The notes under the pieces were generated by a model that had not been told where the DNA came from, ran no database searches, and worked only from the letters and a program-made list of their open reading frames with translations. This document shows positions 46,893 through 55,723 of a DNA stretch of 64,000 nucleotides, piece after piece; the first letter of the stretch is position 1, and each line of letters begins with the position of its first letter. Origin of the DNA: Deferribacterales bacterium (GTDB lineage Bacteria; Chrysiogenota; Deferribacteres; Deferribacterales; Geovibrionaceae); assembly GCA_050253075.1 (NCBI GenBank), contig JBFWJS010000001.1, positions 544,001-608,000 on the forward strand, in the 5' to 3' direction. A program made the translations under genes and the position numbers.

Positions 46893-48534
46893 CTGTGTCT
46901 CCTCCTTCTGTTATTTCCCACACGATCTTCTCAGCTTCCTTCAGTGATACTGACGATCCATACTTGTCACGCAGTTCCTGATTCATACCCTTTGGTATAC
47001 TGCCGAGCTTTTTAGATATCCTGTCGAGTACATCAATTATGGGGATGCGCTTATCCTCCAGTGTCTCTATCTTTGCGAGCTCGTGTGCTGTGCCGTGTTT
47101 TGAAATGTATTCGGGAACATCTTCTGATCTGTTGCCCATGACTGTGAGACTGCCACCGAAAGGCAGGTCTCCTTTTTTTCTATTGTCTCCGTATGCGAGG
47201 TTTTCTGATATTGCTTCCTGCTTTTGCAGGTCTGACTCTGGCAGTGCTTTGTACTCCTGCCCGATGATCGGTGCATCCTCTCTGAACCCTGCTTCGTTCT
47301 TTGCTATTGGTTCGACAATGTATTCCTGATCGTTGAACACCACGCCGATCTTCGGCCAGTCGAATACACGCAGGACAACCTGTACCTTGCTCTTGCGTGG
47401 AATGATGCCTGGTATCATGCGCAGGTCGTAGTCCAGAGTGCGGAACGGGATAGCATAGTGAGCGTCAACTGTCCTAGGTACTTCCGGCTCACGAAAGAGA
47501 TCCTGAAGCAGCTTCCTCTCCGGAAGGTTGATAAGCTGCTCTGGCTTGATTGTCATCCAGAGTGAGTTTCTGCTCTGCTTTGTTCTGCGGTGTATGCGTT
47601 CTGAGTTTATGGAAATACACCAGTCTGTGACCCATGTGTTGATATCTTCCAGAGAGTGAGCCGGCTGCAGACGGAGCCCTGATTCGAAACTGCCTTCGAC
47701 AAAATTATGCATACGTTCCACAGCACCCTGTATCTGTGACTGGTACGGCGTTGACTTTGGAGTTTCGACATTCAGCCTCTTCAGCCAGCCCATGATAGTC
47801 TTGCTCATGTTCGCAGAGCCGTGGTCTCTCAGGAGCTGGGCAGGTACACCTCTGAATGGCAGCTTGCCGCTCTTTTCTTCCCATGCGGAGATGAGGAAGT
47901 CGAAAAGGTCTGCCTGTGTCTCACCGCTGCTGTAGTAATACTTTACGTAGATAGCCCCGCTGTAGTGGTCTACCAGGACATAGCGCAGCAGACGCTGCTT
48001 TATCTGTTTGAAGTTTTCGATCTTGTTTTTATATAAAGACTTCTCGTCTCTCAGTCCGATCTGTCCGTCTTTCAGGTAATACTGGATACAGACCGAGGAA
48101 TCCACAACATGAACGTGGTTCGGGTGCAGGCTTCTCATCTGGACTGCCGGCTTTGCTGTTCCCATTGTCTTTTTGTCCATTTGTCTGTCCTTTAGGATGC
48201 GGTTCAGAGTGCTTACGCTTACGCTTCCTTTTTCTATTACGCCGTTGTTTTCGGCTATGCGCAGAGCCTCATTCATGGGCATGTGTGCGCCTTTGTTCTC
48301 TCTGGATGTTGTCATCAGCAGAGAGTGCAGGAACTGTATCTGATGCTTATTCATAGTACACTTGCCTGCGTCTGTTCTCTTTTGTCTGCCGCTGGAGAAG
48401 CCGTTTGCACGGGCTCTGCGGTAGAGCGTTGATTCGCACAGACCCGTTGTTTTCTGATACGCTTTGATTATCTCTCTTCGGGCAGAGGGGGTATCAGCTT
48501 TTTGCAGTTTCTCTGCCAGTTCCCTTTCCCACAT
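46861..48534 (-). CDS. DDE transposase (MuA analogue, rve/integrase-core type)
   Basis: HPNHVHVVDSS, LVDHYSG, LRDHGSA, GAVERMH. Confidence 0.9.
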   Translation of the reverse strand: MWERELAEKLQKADTPSARREIIKAYQKTTGLCESTLYRRARANGFSSGRQKRTDAGKCTMNKHQIQFLHSLLMTTSRENKGAHMPMNEALRIAENNGVIEKGSVSVSTLNRILKDRQMDKKTMGTAKPAVQMRSLHPNHVHVVDSSVCIQYYLKDGQIGLRDEKSLYKNKIENFKQIKQRLLRYVLVDHYSGAIYVKYYYSSGETQADLFDFLISAWEEKSGKLPFRGVPAQLLRDHGSANMSKTIMGWLKRLNVETPKSTPYQSQIQGAVERMHNFVEGSFESGLRLQPAHSLEDINTWVTDWCISINSERIHRRTKQSRNSLWMTIKPEQLINLPERKLLQDLFREPEVPRTVDAHYAIPFRTLDYDLRMIPGIIPRKSKVQVVLRVFDWPKIGVVFNDQEYIVEPIAKNEAGFREDAPIIGQEYKALPESDLQKQEAISENLAYGDNRKKGDLPFGGSLTVMGNRSEDVPEYISKHGTAHELAKIETLEDKRIPIIDVLDRISKKLGSIPKGMNQELRDKYGSSVSLKEAEKIVWEITEGGDTDAGTTETMSS

Positions 48535-48536
48535 GC

Positions 48537-49565
48537 TTAATCCTTTGGTACTTTGTTATCGCACTTATATGTCTGAAAACCGTCACTGTAGAAATCTCTG
48601 CGTTCGCATGTGTCGCCTTTCTGGCATGTGTCGCACGGCAGCTCCGGCATGGCGTTGTCTGCTGCTGTGAAGCTGTCGCTGTATGCTGTGCCTTGCATCA
48701 CATCGTTAAAGATTTCTTCCAGATCTTTGACAACAGATATGTACTCTGCCTCCATCGTCGGTGTCATATCCTGTGGGAGATTGTGACGCTCCAGCTTTAT
48801 CAGCTGGCCCTTTGCGATTATCTTTATATTCTGTATATTACGAATAAATTTCTGCTCGTCTGCTGAGATGCCCAAAGCCTCTGCGGAGGCTTCATGCTTT
48901 GCCAGCTCGGATGCCATATCATCTATGGTTTTCTGCTTTGCAGAGATAACCTTTTGAGATGTTTTATTGAGCTGCTTTTCACGCTCTATTTGTTCGTCTT
49001 TCTTTTTCAGCAGGCCTTCCAGTGCTTCTTTTAACTCGTCTTTGTCGGTGAGGGGGATCTCTGTCTGGTCTCCGGATGCATCTATAATGATTCTGTCGTC
49101 TTGTATGGACAGTGTGCCTTCGGCTGCCTGACTGCGGAGCTGACGAAGCTCTCTATAACCAAGTCCAAAAGTGGCGACTGTCGCCAAAAACTCTTCGCCC
49201 AGAGCTTGTAGATTCTGTAAGTTTTCATCAGCCTGCCTACGTGAGATACCTATTGATTGACAGTAGTTTTCCCATGTTCCGATGCCTGGCATGTCTTTAT
49301 AGACTTTGTTTTCTTTGACTTTTTTTAGAAGCATAAAAGTGGCGACTGTCGCCACTTTTGAAATAAAACTGACTCCCTCTATGCGTCCAGTAAGTTTGAA
49401 TGCATCTGCTATCAGAGCCTCTCTCTCCTGCTGGTTTACAGGCTGAAGGGCTTGCTCCTCCATAACCTCTTCGGCTACTACTTCTTCTGCCGCTGCGAGG
49501 TCTAGCTCTGCTCTGTCGGCTGCTGCCTGTGTTTCATCTATTGTTTCTTTCTTTTTCCCTGCCAT
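48537..49565 (-). CDS. Phage HTH/coiled-coil protein (DUF3102-like)
   Basis: TWENYCQSIGISRRQADENL HTH-like segment, coiled coil, GGAGG RBS. Confidence 0.7.
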   Translation of the reverse strand: MAGKKKETIDETQAAADRAELDLAAAEEVVAEEVMEEQALQPVNQQEREALIADAFKLTGRIEGVSFISKVATVATFMLLKKVKENKVYKDMPGIGTWENYCQSIGISRRQADENLQNLQALGEEFLATVATFGLGYRELRQLRSQAAEGTLSIQDDRIIIDASGDQTEIPLTDKDELKEALEGLLKKKDEQIEREKQLNKTSQKVISAKQKTIDDMASELAKHEASAEALGISADEQKFIRNIQNIKIIAKGQLIKLERHNLPQDMTPTMEAEYISVVKDLEEIFNDVMQGTAYSDSFTAADNAMPELPCDTCQKGDTCERRDFYSDGFQTYKCDNKVPKD

Positions 49566-49590
49566 TTCTTCCTCCTGTCCTCGGCATCTG

Positions 49591-49599
49591 TGTTATAAT
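49591..49599 (+). promoter_or_regulatory. Extended -10 promoter
   Basis: TG-T-TATAAT, followed by GAGGTG RBS and ATG 49617. Confidence 0.65.
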
Positions 49600-49616
49600 C
49601 AGATCAGAGGTGACAT

Positions 49617-49829
49617 ATGCTTAGTGATCAATCTGTTGAATTCGCTTGTGGAAATTGCAACCATAAGCTCCATGTAAAAATGAAGGACATGAAGCCTGGT
49701 GGAAGTATTACTTGCCCGTCCTGTGGAGCTATTACTAACTTTACGGGAGATGACATATCAAAGCCCGTTGCCCAGTTTGATAAAGCCATCTCTGATATCC
49801 AGAAGGCTTTCAAAAAGTTTGGTAAATAA
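49617..49829 (+). CDS. Small zinc-ribbon protein, opposite to early operon
   Basis: CGNC and CPSC pairs; own promoter and RBS. Confidence 0.72.
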   Translation: MLSDQSVEFACGNCNHKLHVKMKDMKPGGSITCPSCGAITNFTGDDISKPVAQFDKAISDIQKAFKKFGK

Positions 49830-49976
49830 CTCTTCGGCCTCTTGGCTGAGTGTTGCTACCTGCTCTTTTGATTCTATACGGTTGATTACTTTTGCGGTGC
49901 TCTGTATTGCTATGATCAGGTCTTGCTTTGCTCCTTCGTTTACGAGGAGCTCTATCTGTAATTCTCTCTTTGCCAT
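49758..49976 (-). CDS. Phage hypothetical protein
   Basis: AAGGAG RBS, 72 aa. Confidence 0.55.
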   Translation of the reverse strand: MAKRELQIELLVNEGAKQDLIIAIQSTAKVINRIESKEQVATLSQEAEELFTKLFESLLDIRDGFIKLGNGL

Positions 49977-49986
49977 CTTTATCTCC

Positions 49987-50187
49987 TTACATTAAGACGT
50001 AGACTTTCTGGTCTTCGTCATAGGTGTATTCATATGTGCCTTCAGATGTTTTAAAAACTATGTAGTCGTAGGGTACACAGTCGTCTCCGATATATGGTTT
50101 CGCATCTGCTGCATACTCTGACAGCATCGCCATCTGATTTGGGGTGTATGTGTCTCTTGGTAGAGTGCTGTATAATCCTTTGCTCAT
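49987..50187 (-). CDS. Phage hypothetical protein
   Basis: 66 aa, tightly packed in early operon. Confidence 0.55.
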   Translation of the reverse strand: MSKGLYSTLPRDTYTPNQMAMLSEYAADAKPYIGDDCVPYDYIVFKTSEGTYEYTYDEDQKVYVLM

Positions 50188-50188
50188 G

Positions 50189-50446
50189 TTATGGCCCCAG
50201 TCTATTAAGAGTGAGTTGTCTGTTTCGCCACTCTGCGAGAGACTTTGTCTGCTCTGCCTCTTCGGGAGTGAGCAGGACGCCAGACGGCCTTACGTTGTCG
50301 GTGAAGACTTCGCAGTATTCTGCTGTGCAGTAGAACGCTGATGAAGATCCGTCTGAAGATTTAAGGAATTGCTTAGCCTCGCTGCGGCATGAGCCACAGC
50401 AGTCGAATATGAGCTCATGCTTTGTCTTTGGCAGATCCTTTCTCAT
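50189..50446 (-). CDS. Phage hypothetical protein
   Basis: 85 aa, Cys-containing, ATGA-coupled. Confidence 0.55.
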   Translation of the reverse strand: MRKDLPKTKHELIFDCCGSCRSEAKQFLKSSDGSSSAFYCTAEYCEVFTDNVRPSGVLLTPEEAEQTKSLAEWRNRQLTLNRLGP

Positions 50447-51150
50447 AGCTCGTCTTCCTTATTAAAAAAGGATGTGGGCTTGCCGCACTTTGGGCAGTAT
50501 GGATCATCTGCCAGACCTATTGCGGTGTGTCCGCAATTGTTGCATTCCTGATGACACTGACGGAGATCCCCGCCACATGTGCGGCAAAATCTATCTGTGG
50601 TGTCTTTCACTGGCTCTTTGCATGACTTGCATGTGTGGGCTGTAGTTGTGTCTTCCTGCTTTTCTGGCTCGGCTTCATCAAAGAATCTTTCAGATATGTC
50701 ACAACCTGACCATAGAGGATATGTGCGACAATCGAACCAGACAGAGCCTGATCTGAAATCCTCTGGCCAGAGTGTGCGCATGGCTTCTGATTTACCATAC
50801 TGCTTTGCAGGTTCGGTGAAAACAATACGATCTTTTAATGAGAGAGGAAACTGTCTGAGAAACGCTAACTGATAAGAGCCCAGACCTCTCTCTGCTCTCT
50901 TGATAGACTCTAAGGCAGCAAATGCTGTGGCTGCTGCCTGAACGAGTTCTCTTTCCGCATCGGCAATGGTTTCGGCTTTTTCTATCTTATGACAGATGCC
51001 CTCTATGATGAGTCCCCATTGGTTCATTGAGTGGGTGTCATCGTGGTCTGAGCCGCCCCATTTCGTGTCTTGTCTCTGGCGTTCTGCTTCGACAAGTTTG
51101 AATATCTGATGCATATCATCAGTCATCGGTATGAAGTGTTTCTTAGTCAT
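50443..51150 (-). CDS. Phage protein: MazG-like helical N-terminus plus double zinc ribbon
   Basis: ERQRQDTKWG...ELVQAAA; four CxxC pairs at C-terminus. Confidence 0.65.
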   Translation of the reverse strand: MTKKHFIPMTDDMHQIFKLVEAERQRQDTKWGGSDHDDTHSMNQWGLIIEGICHKIEKAETIADAERELVQAAATAFAALESIKRAERGLGSYQLAFLRQFPLSLKDRIVFTEPAKQYGKSEAMRTLWPEDFRSGSVWFDCRTYPLWSGCDISERFFDEAEPEKQEDTTTAHTCKSCKEPVKDTTDRFCRTCGGDLRQCHQECNNCGHTAIGLADDPYCPKCGKPTSFFNKEDEL

Positions 51151-51436
51151 TGCCTAGCTCCTGATTTATGTTTGTCTGTGCTGCCTGTAGCTTTGCTTTA
51201 CGGCGTGCATAAAGCATTGTTACCGCCTGACCTAGCTCCCACTGACCACCGACAGAACGGACGTATTTCCTGCTCTCCATTGTGACGAGGTAGTTCTTTG
51301 CTGAGGTGTATGTGATATCCATCTCGTCTGCTATTGCCTGTGTGCCCACAGGCTGTTTCTGCAGACTGAGCATGTCGAGGATATCCAGAGCCTTAGCCAC
51401 AGTGGATAATTCTGTGTATCCGCCCACTTTAGCCAT
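51143..51436 (-). CDS. IclR-type winged-HTH protein
   Basis: STVAKALDILDML...IADEMDITYTSAKNYLVTM...WELG. Confidence 0.75.
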   Translation of the reverse strand: MAKVGGYTELSTVAKALDILDMLSLQKQPVGTQAIADEMDITYTSAKNYLVTMESRKYVRSVGGQWELGQAVTMLYARRKAKLQAAQTNINQELGND

Positions 51437-51923
51437 TGTTCTGCTCCTGCATCTTCATCTGGAGTCTGCGCTTTCTGGCAGATTCTCTGACACTGTGGGC
51501 AGCGTTGATCAGCTCGTTTGCCTCACGCTCTATCTGCTCCAGTTCTTCTACGGTGTAGACTCCGTCCATGCGAGCCTCTGCATCTGCGCTTATGACATCG
51601 CTAGCTTCACGCATCATCTTTGCCACGTTTACCTGCAGGCTTTCCTGTGATGGTTTTTGCTCGGTATCCAGGACGACACGGCCGCCTATTTTGGATGCCA
51701 TCCAGTCCACCATTATTGTGTTGCCCAGACCTTCGCACAGTAGCGGGATGTTACGAGCTGATGGGTCGTATTCCGGATCAGTGAACATTCTTTGTAGCGT
51801 GCTGCTCGGTATGCCGGAGCTGATAGCCAGGTCTTTGAATGTGGCAGGGCTCATTGCTTTTGCGAATTCCTTTGCCTGCTGGAATGAGATTTCTCTCAGA
51901 TCAGGCATTCTGTTAAGTGTCAT
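51429..51923 (-). CDS. Phage regulatory CII-like protein
   Basis: N-terminal HTH; C-terminal EASDVI...DGVYTVEELEQI. Confidence 0.7.
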   Translation of the reverse strand: MTLNRMPDLREISFQQAKEFAKAMSPATFKDLAISSGIPSSTLQRMFTDPEYDPSARNIPLLCEGLGNTIMVDWMASKIGGRVVLDTEQKPSQESLQVNVAKMMREASDVISADAEARMDGVYTVEELEQIEREANELINAAHSVRESARKRRLQMKMQEQNNG

Positions 51924-52047
51924 ATTAGTTGTCTCCTATATTGTTCCTATCCCTGCAAATTACTAGGATTGAAAGAATCCTCCCCATGTGCTTCAATCAT
52001 GGGGAGGCAAACCCAGGAGTGTTTCAGGAGGGAAAGGGTATTATGTT

Positions 52048-52245
52048 TCATTTGATGCCGAGCAGTTCTTTGGCTGCTGCTTCGATGCGGTCTGAGTCTA
52101 TCTTGCCGTTAAAAAACTGGCTGACAGAAGCACCCGTTACTTCTGCTTTTTCGGCGATTTGTGTTTGTGTGATTTTTTTACGTCGGCGGATTTTGTCTAA
52201 TTCGTTACGTTTAGTGAGTTTTTCGATTGCTAGATCAATGTGCAT
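52048..52245 (-). CDS. Ner/Cro-like HTH protein
   Basis: ITQTQIAEKAEVTGASVSQFFNG; first gene of leftward operon. Confidence 0.8.
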   Translation of the reverse strand: MHIDLAIEKLTKRNELDKIRRRKKITQTQIAEKAEVTGASVSQFFNGKIDSDRIEAAAKELLGIK

Positions 52246-52285
52246 TATGATAACCTCAAGTAGTTTTTAAGTAATAAGTAACTAA

Positions 52286-52338
52286 ATAATACATCAAAAT
52301 GAGGTAATGTCAAATATTAACTTTATCATTTCGAGGTA
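52286..52338. promoter_or_regulatory. Immunity-region early promoter and operators
   Basis: Minus-strand TTGACA (52313-52308)-16bp-TATTAT; imperfect palindromes TACATCAAAATGAGGTA (52290-52306) and TTTATCATTTCGAGGTA (52322-52338). Confidence 0.6.
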
Positions 52339-52359
52339 TTGTTTGCGGTGTAAATGTAA

Positions 52360-52785
52360 ATGTTTGGAGCACAACTGAAAAAGATAAGAAAAGAGTTAGA
52401 GCTTTCACAAACTCAATTTGGTGAACGACTTGGAAAAGGTTTGGCAACAATACAAAGATGGGAAGCACTAGAGGAACCGCCAAAGGATTCTATAATAAAT
52501 CTCATATGTAGTGTTTTTGGTATTAGTGAAACATGGTTGAAAACAGGCACAGGTAACATGTATGGCTCATATTCAAATAACCAAAGCATACAAAAGAATT
52601 ACGGAATACAGATACAAAATAATGGTAACATAACCCATTTTGGAACGCCTACAAACCCTATGACAGAGGGCGTTGAGAAAGACGTTAAGGAACTGTTTGA
52701 AATGATTTTAGAATATGGTACCCCAAAAATCATCAAACAGTTTAAGTCAAAAATGGAAGCTATTAAAAAACTTCATGAGGAGTAG
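52360..52785 (+). CDS. XRE-family prophage repressor
   Basis: LKKIRKELELSQTQFGERLG...WLKTGTGNM; divergent from Ner-like gene. Confidence 0.85.
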   Translation: MFGAQLKKIRKELELSQTQFGERLGKGLATIQRWEALEEPPKDSIINLICSVFGISETWLKTGTGNMYGSYSNNQSIQKNYGIQIQNNGNITHFGTPTNPMTEGVEKDVKELFEMILEYGTPKIIKQFKSKMEAIKKLHEE

Positions 52786-52790
52786 AACCA

Positions 52791-53852
52791 ATGGATACAA
52801 TATATGGAATTATCTTTTGGGCAATAATTATCTATTATTTTTATAACCGAAGAAAAAAGAAAAAGATGTCTGAAAATGTAAATGTTAAAACACCTGTCAG
52901 AAAGGAAAACTCTGAGAATAATATAGTTCATCAGGTGGATAATATAGATGGGGTGGTAGTACAGAAGACGAGGATGCCAGAAGATATTGCACACTTACTT
53001 TGGTTCTCTAATGGTAAATATAAGAATTATGATCCTGACTCTGTTGGGAACACTATCGATACAGGTCTTGGTATTTCTTTTAAAGCATACATGAATACAG
53101 ATATAGAACCGAGTCTGATAGACATTACACTTCCAATAAAGAAGCCGCATGACCTCATGTTTGTTGAAGCATTAGGCTATTGGCCAAGATATGAAAACCT
53201 TAACCCTGAGCAAAGATGGGTTTACCTTAGCTGGCTTCAGAATATTGAAATTTCAGTTGATATAGGCTATGTATTTTTATTTTATTACGGTCTTGAAAGA
53301 CATCTGTTCTTAGGAGATATAGACGCAGCATTTGATATGATACTACGGCTGAATGCTAATCATAATAATAATTCATTCCATAGCTACTCAACCAATGCTT
53401 TGCTTGGCGCAATACTATATCACAAGCGTTCTGATCTGCTTGAAAAGTTTCTGCTCAGTACATCAAATTTCGTTATTTCAGAGCTTTACTTATTCGTTAA
53501 GCTTTTATTAGATAAACCACTTCTCGCAGAAGAAATAATAGCATTGTCAAGCAAAGTGGGCTTTACGAATAAAAGATATATAAAATCTGACTATGAATTA
53601 TTTATAAAAATATTAAAGAAAGAGATTCTGGAGCAAACTGGATCTGAGAATTTATCTTGGCAGAATTTAGATATTGATCAATGCCCAATGATAAAAACAA
53701 CACTTACTGCTAACCAGTCGATATCTCCACGTGAGATATCAATACCAGATGTTATGCAAGATTATAGATATAAAACATTAGTAAATAAGTTATTAAAATC
53801 TACGCATGAAAAAGTGAAAGTTGAATTGAGAGAGCTTAGAAAAAAGGTGTGA
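52791..53852 (+). CDS. TerB N-terminal domain protein (accessory/moron)
   Basis: YWPRYENLNPEQRWVYLSWL...DIGYVFLFYYGLERHL; N-terminal TM; AT-rich. Confidence 0.78.
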   Translation: MDTIYGIIFWAIIIYYFYNRRKKKKMSENVNVKTPVRKENSENNIVHQVDNIDGVVVQKTRMPEDIAHLLWFSNGKYKNYDPDSVGNTIDTGLGISFKAYMNTDIEPSLIDITLPIKKPHDLMFVEALGYWPRYENLNPEQRWVYLSWLQNIEISVDIGYVFLFYYGLERHLFLGDIDAAFDMILRLNANHNNNSFHSYSTNALLGAILYHKRSDLLEKFLLSTSNFVISELYLFVKLLLDKPLLAEEIIALSSKVGFTNKRYIKSDYELFIKILKKEILEQTGSENLSWQNLDIDQCPMIKTTLTANQSISPREISIPDVMQDYRYKTLVNKLLKSTHEKVKVELRELRKKV

Positions 53853-54094
53853 GCTCTCATGTGTTGACACCTATCTTATATCTGTATATTCTGAGACACT
53901 CCAAACATAAACCCCTTAACTTATTATAATTTCTTCAAACTCCCCGTAGTGTAATAATCAACCATATTGCCTAATGTGACTCTTAAGCCAATCGGAATTT
54001 GCCATCCGTGGAAATTCCGACATGCGCTCGCACCACACAAGTGTGGTTTCGCTGCGCACGGCGAAACAGCATCATGCTGTTTTAGGAGACACAC

Positions 54095-54559
54095 ATGGCA
54101 AGACTTTCAAACATAATCATACACTGCAGCGACAGCACATTTGGCTCTGCTGCTATTATACGTCAATGGCATCTGCAACGTGGCTGGAGAGACATCGGCT
54201 ATCACTTTGTGATCTGTAACGGCAAGATCGCACCTGATCTCTTTATTCCTGAGATGGACGGTAGTATCGAAACCGGCAGACCGCTGGACGGCGATCACTT
54301 CATCACTGGTGATGAAGTGGGCGCACATGCGCTTGGGTATAACTCTAACTCTATCGGCATCTGCAATATCGGTGTCAGATCATTTTCTCTTAATCAAATG
54401 GCATCTCTGCATGACCTGCTTTTCAGGCTCATGGACAAATTCGACATACCTATAGAAAACATTCTCGGACATTACGAGACAGCGCAGGCACACGGCAAAA
54501 CATGCCCGAACTTTGATGTCTCTGAGCTCCGTGAGTTTATGAAATCATACAGACCGTAG
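54095..54559 (+). CDS. Endolysin, N-acetylmuramoyl-L-alanine amidase (Amidase_2, T7-lysozyme-like)
   Basis: IIIHCS, GWRDIGYHFVI, GAHALGYN, GH...KTCPNF. Confidence 0.92.
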   Translation: MARLSNIIIHCSDSTFGSAAIIRQWHLQRGWRDIGYHFVICNGKIAPDLFIPEMDGSIETGRPLDGDHFITGDEVGAHALGYNSNSIGICNIGVRSFSLNQMASLHDLLFRLMDKFDIPIENILGHYETAQAHGKTCPNFDVSELREFMKSYRP

Positions 54560-54568
54560 GAGGTATTG

Positions 54569-54997
54569 ATGAAGATATTAAGATCTATTTTTCTCGTCCT
54601 GCTGCTTGCTTTTGCGGCGGTGGGCTGTACGGCTGACCCTGTGGTGGCAGACTCTGTGGGCAATATCCTGAGCGGATATGTATTCCCTGCGCTGGCATCT
54701 CTGGGCGGTGTCTTGGCACTGATGGCTATGCAGCAGTTCCAAAAGAAGACGGGCATACAGCTGAAGAAAGAGCAGATGCAGTATGTGCAGAACATGGCAG
54801 AGGAAGCTGTGCTCTATGTGACGGAGATAGCGGCCCAGAAGGCTAAGTATTCTGTCAAGCTCCACGCTGGCGAAAAGAAACAGATGGCTATGACAAAGCT
54901 GGTATCTGCTGTACCAACGCTGTCTAAGACAGAGGCAGACGAAGCTATACACGCTGCACTGGCACGCATAGGCGAAGGAGCATCGGCAGTATCATGA
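54569..54997 (+). CDS. Putative holin-like membrane protein with lipobox (ORF track start 54566)
   Basis: Follows endolysin; AVGC lipobox, TM helix, LL-H-holin-like AEEAVLYV...GEKK tail. Confidence 0.5.
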   Translation: MKILRSIFLVLLLAFAAVGCTADPVVADSVGNILSGYVFPALASLGGVLALMAMQQFQKKTGIQLKKEQMQYVQNMAEEAVLYVTEIAAQKAKYSVKLHAGEKKQMAMTKLVSAVPTLSKTEADEAIHAALARIGEGASAVS

Positions 54998-55119
54998 CAC
55001 TGCTAGCGATTGTTCAGCTGGTGTCGGCAGTGCTGCCACTGGCTATGAAAGGGATAAGATCCGTGCAGGCTAAACGCAAGTCTGCACGGGTGATACGTGA
55101 GATCAGGGGTGAGGTATGA
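54994..55119 (+). CDS. 41-aa hydrophobic/cationic peptide (not in ORF track)
   Basis: MTLLAIVQLVSAVLPLAMKGIRSVQAKRKSARVIREIRGEV; ATGA overlaps at both ends. Confidence 0.6.
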   Translation: MTLLAIVQLVSAVLPLAMKGIRSVQAKRKSARVIREIRGEV

Positions 55120-55478
55120 CACCGGAACAGATAGCTGCTTTTTCCGCCATTGCTACACTTCTGGAAAGAATAGGTACATGGCCAGTGGGTACATTGATTG
55201 TTGTGATGCTTATTTCACCCTGGGCGATTCTGGTCTGGGTGACTATTACCCAGCGTAAGCAGCTGGACGAGTTTGTAAAATCTGCAAACACACAGTCAGC
55301 GCAGTTTAAACAGATGTATGAGAACAATGCAGAGCTTGTGAAAGGCTTTCTGCGTCTGAGCACTGACCTGCACGACACCGTGGTCCTGAACATAAGGGAG
55401 CTGACAGAGATGAAAGACATAGCAAAGAATAACCAAATCTGCCCACTGGTGCGTGAGCAAGGGAGAATGAAGCCATGA
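55116..55478 (+). CDS. Phage membrane protein
   Basis: One TM helix plus coiled coil, between lysis and packaging genes. Confidence 0.65.
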   Translation: MTPEQIAAFSAIATLLERIGTWPVGTLIVVMLISPWAILVWVTITQRKQLDEFVKSANTQSAQFKQMYENNAELVKGFLRLSTDLHDTVVLNIRELTEMKDIAKNNQICPLVREQGRMKP

Positions 55479-55723
55479 GCAGTAATAGACTGATCATGCA
55501 GGGGAAGCTGCAGGAGCTGAAAGAACAGCGCAGAAAGCTGACTCTGCGGGCTGACAGCCTTATGGAGTCTATCACTGCTGACCTGACTCTGTATGAGGTG
55601 ACGAAGCTGGTTGATATAGATACTGAACGTGTGAGGGTGCTAAGCACTGAGCTGGACGAGATCAAGCAAGAAGTGCTGGAGCTGGACACACATATACAAA
55701 AGCTGAGGGATGAACTTGGGTGA
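55475..55723 (+). CDS. Phage coiled-coil hypothetical protein
   Basis: 82 aa, ATGA-coupled. Confidence 0.65.
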   Translation: MSSNRLIMQGKLQELKEQRRKLTLRADSLMESITADLTLYEVTKLVDIDTERVRVLSTELDEIKQEVLELDTHIQKLRDELG

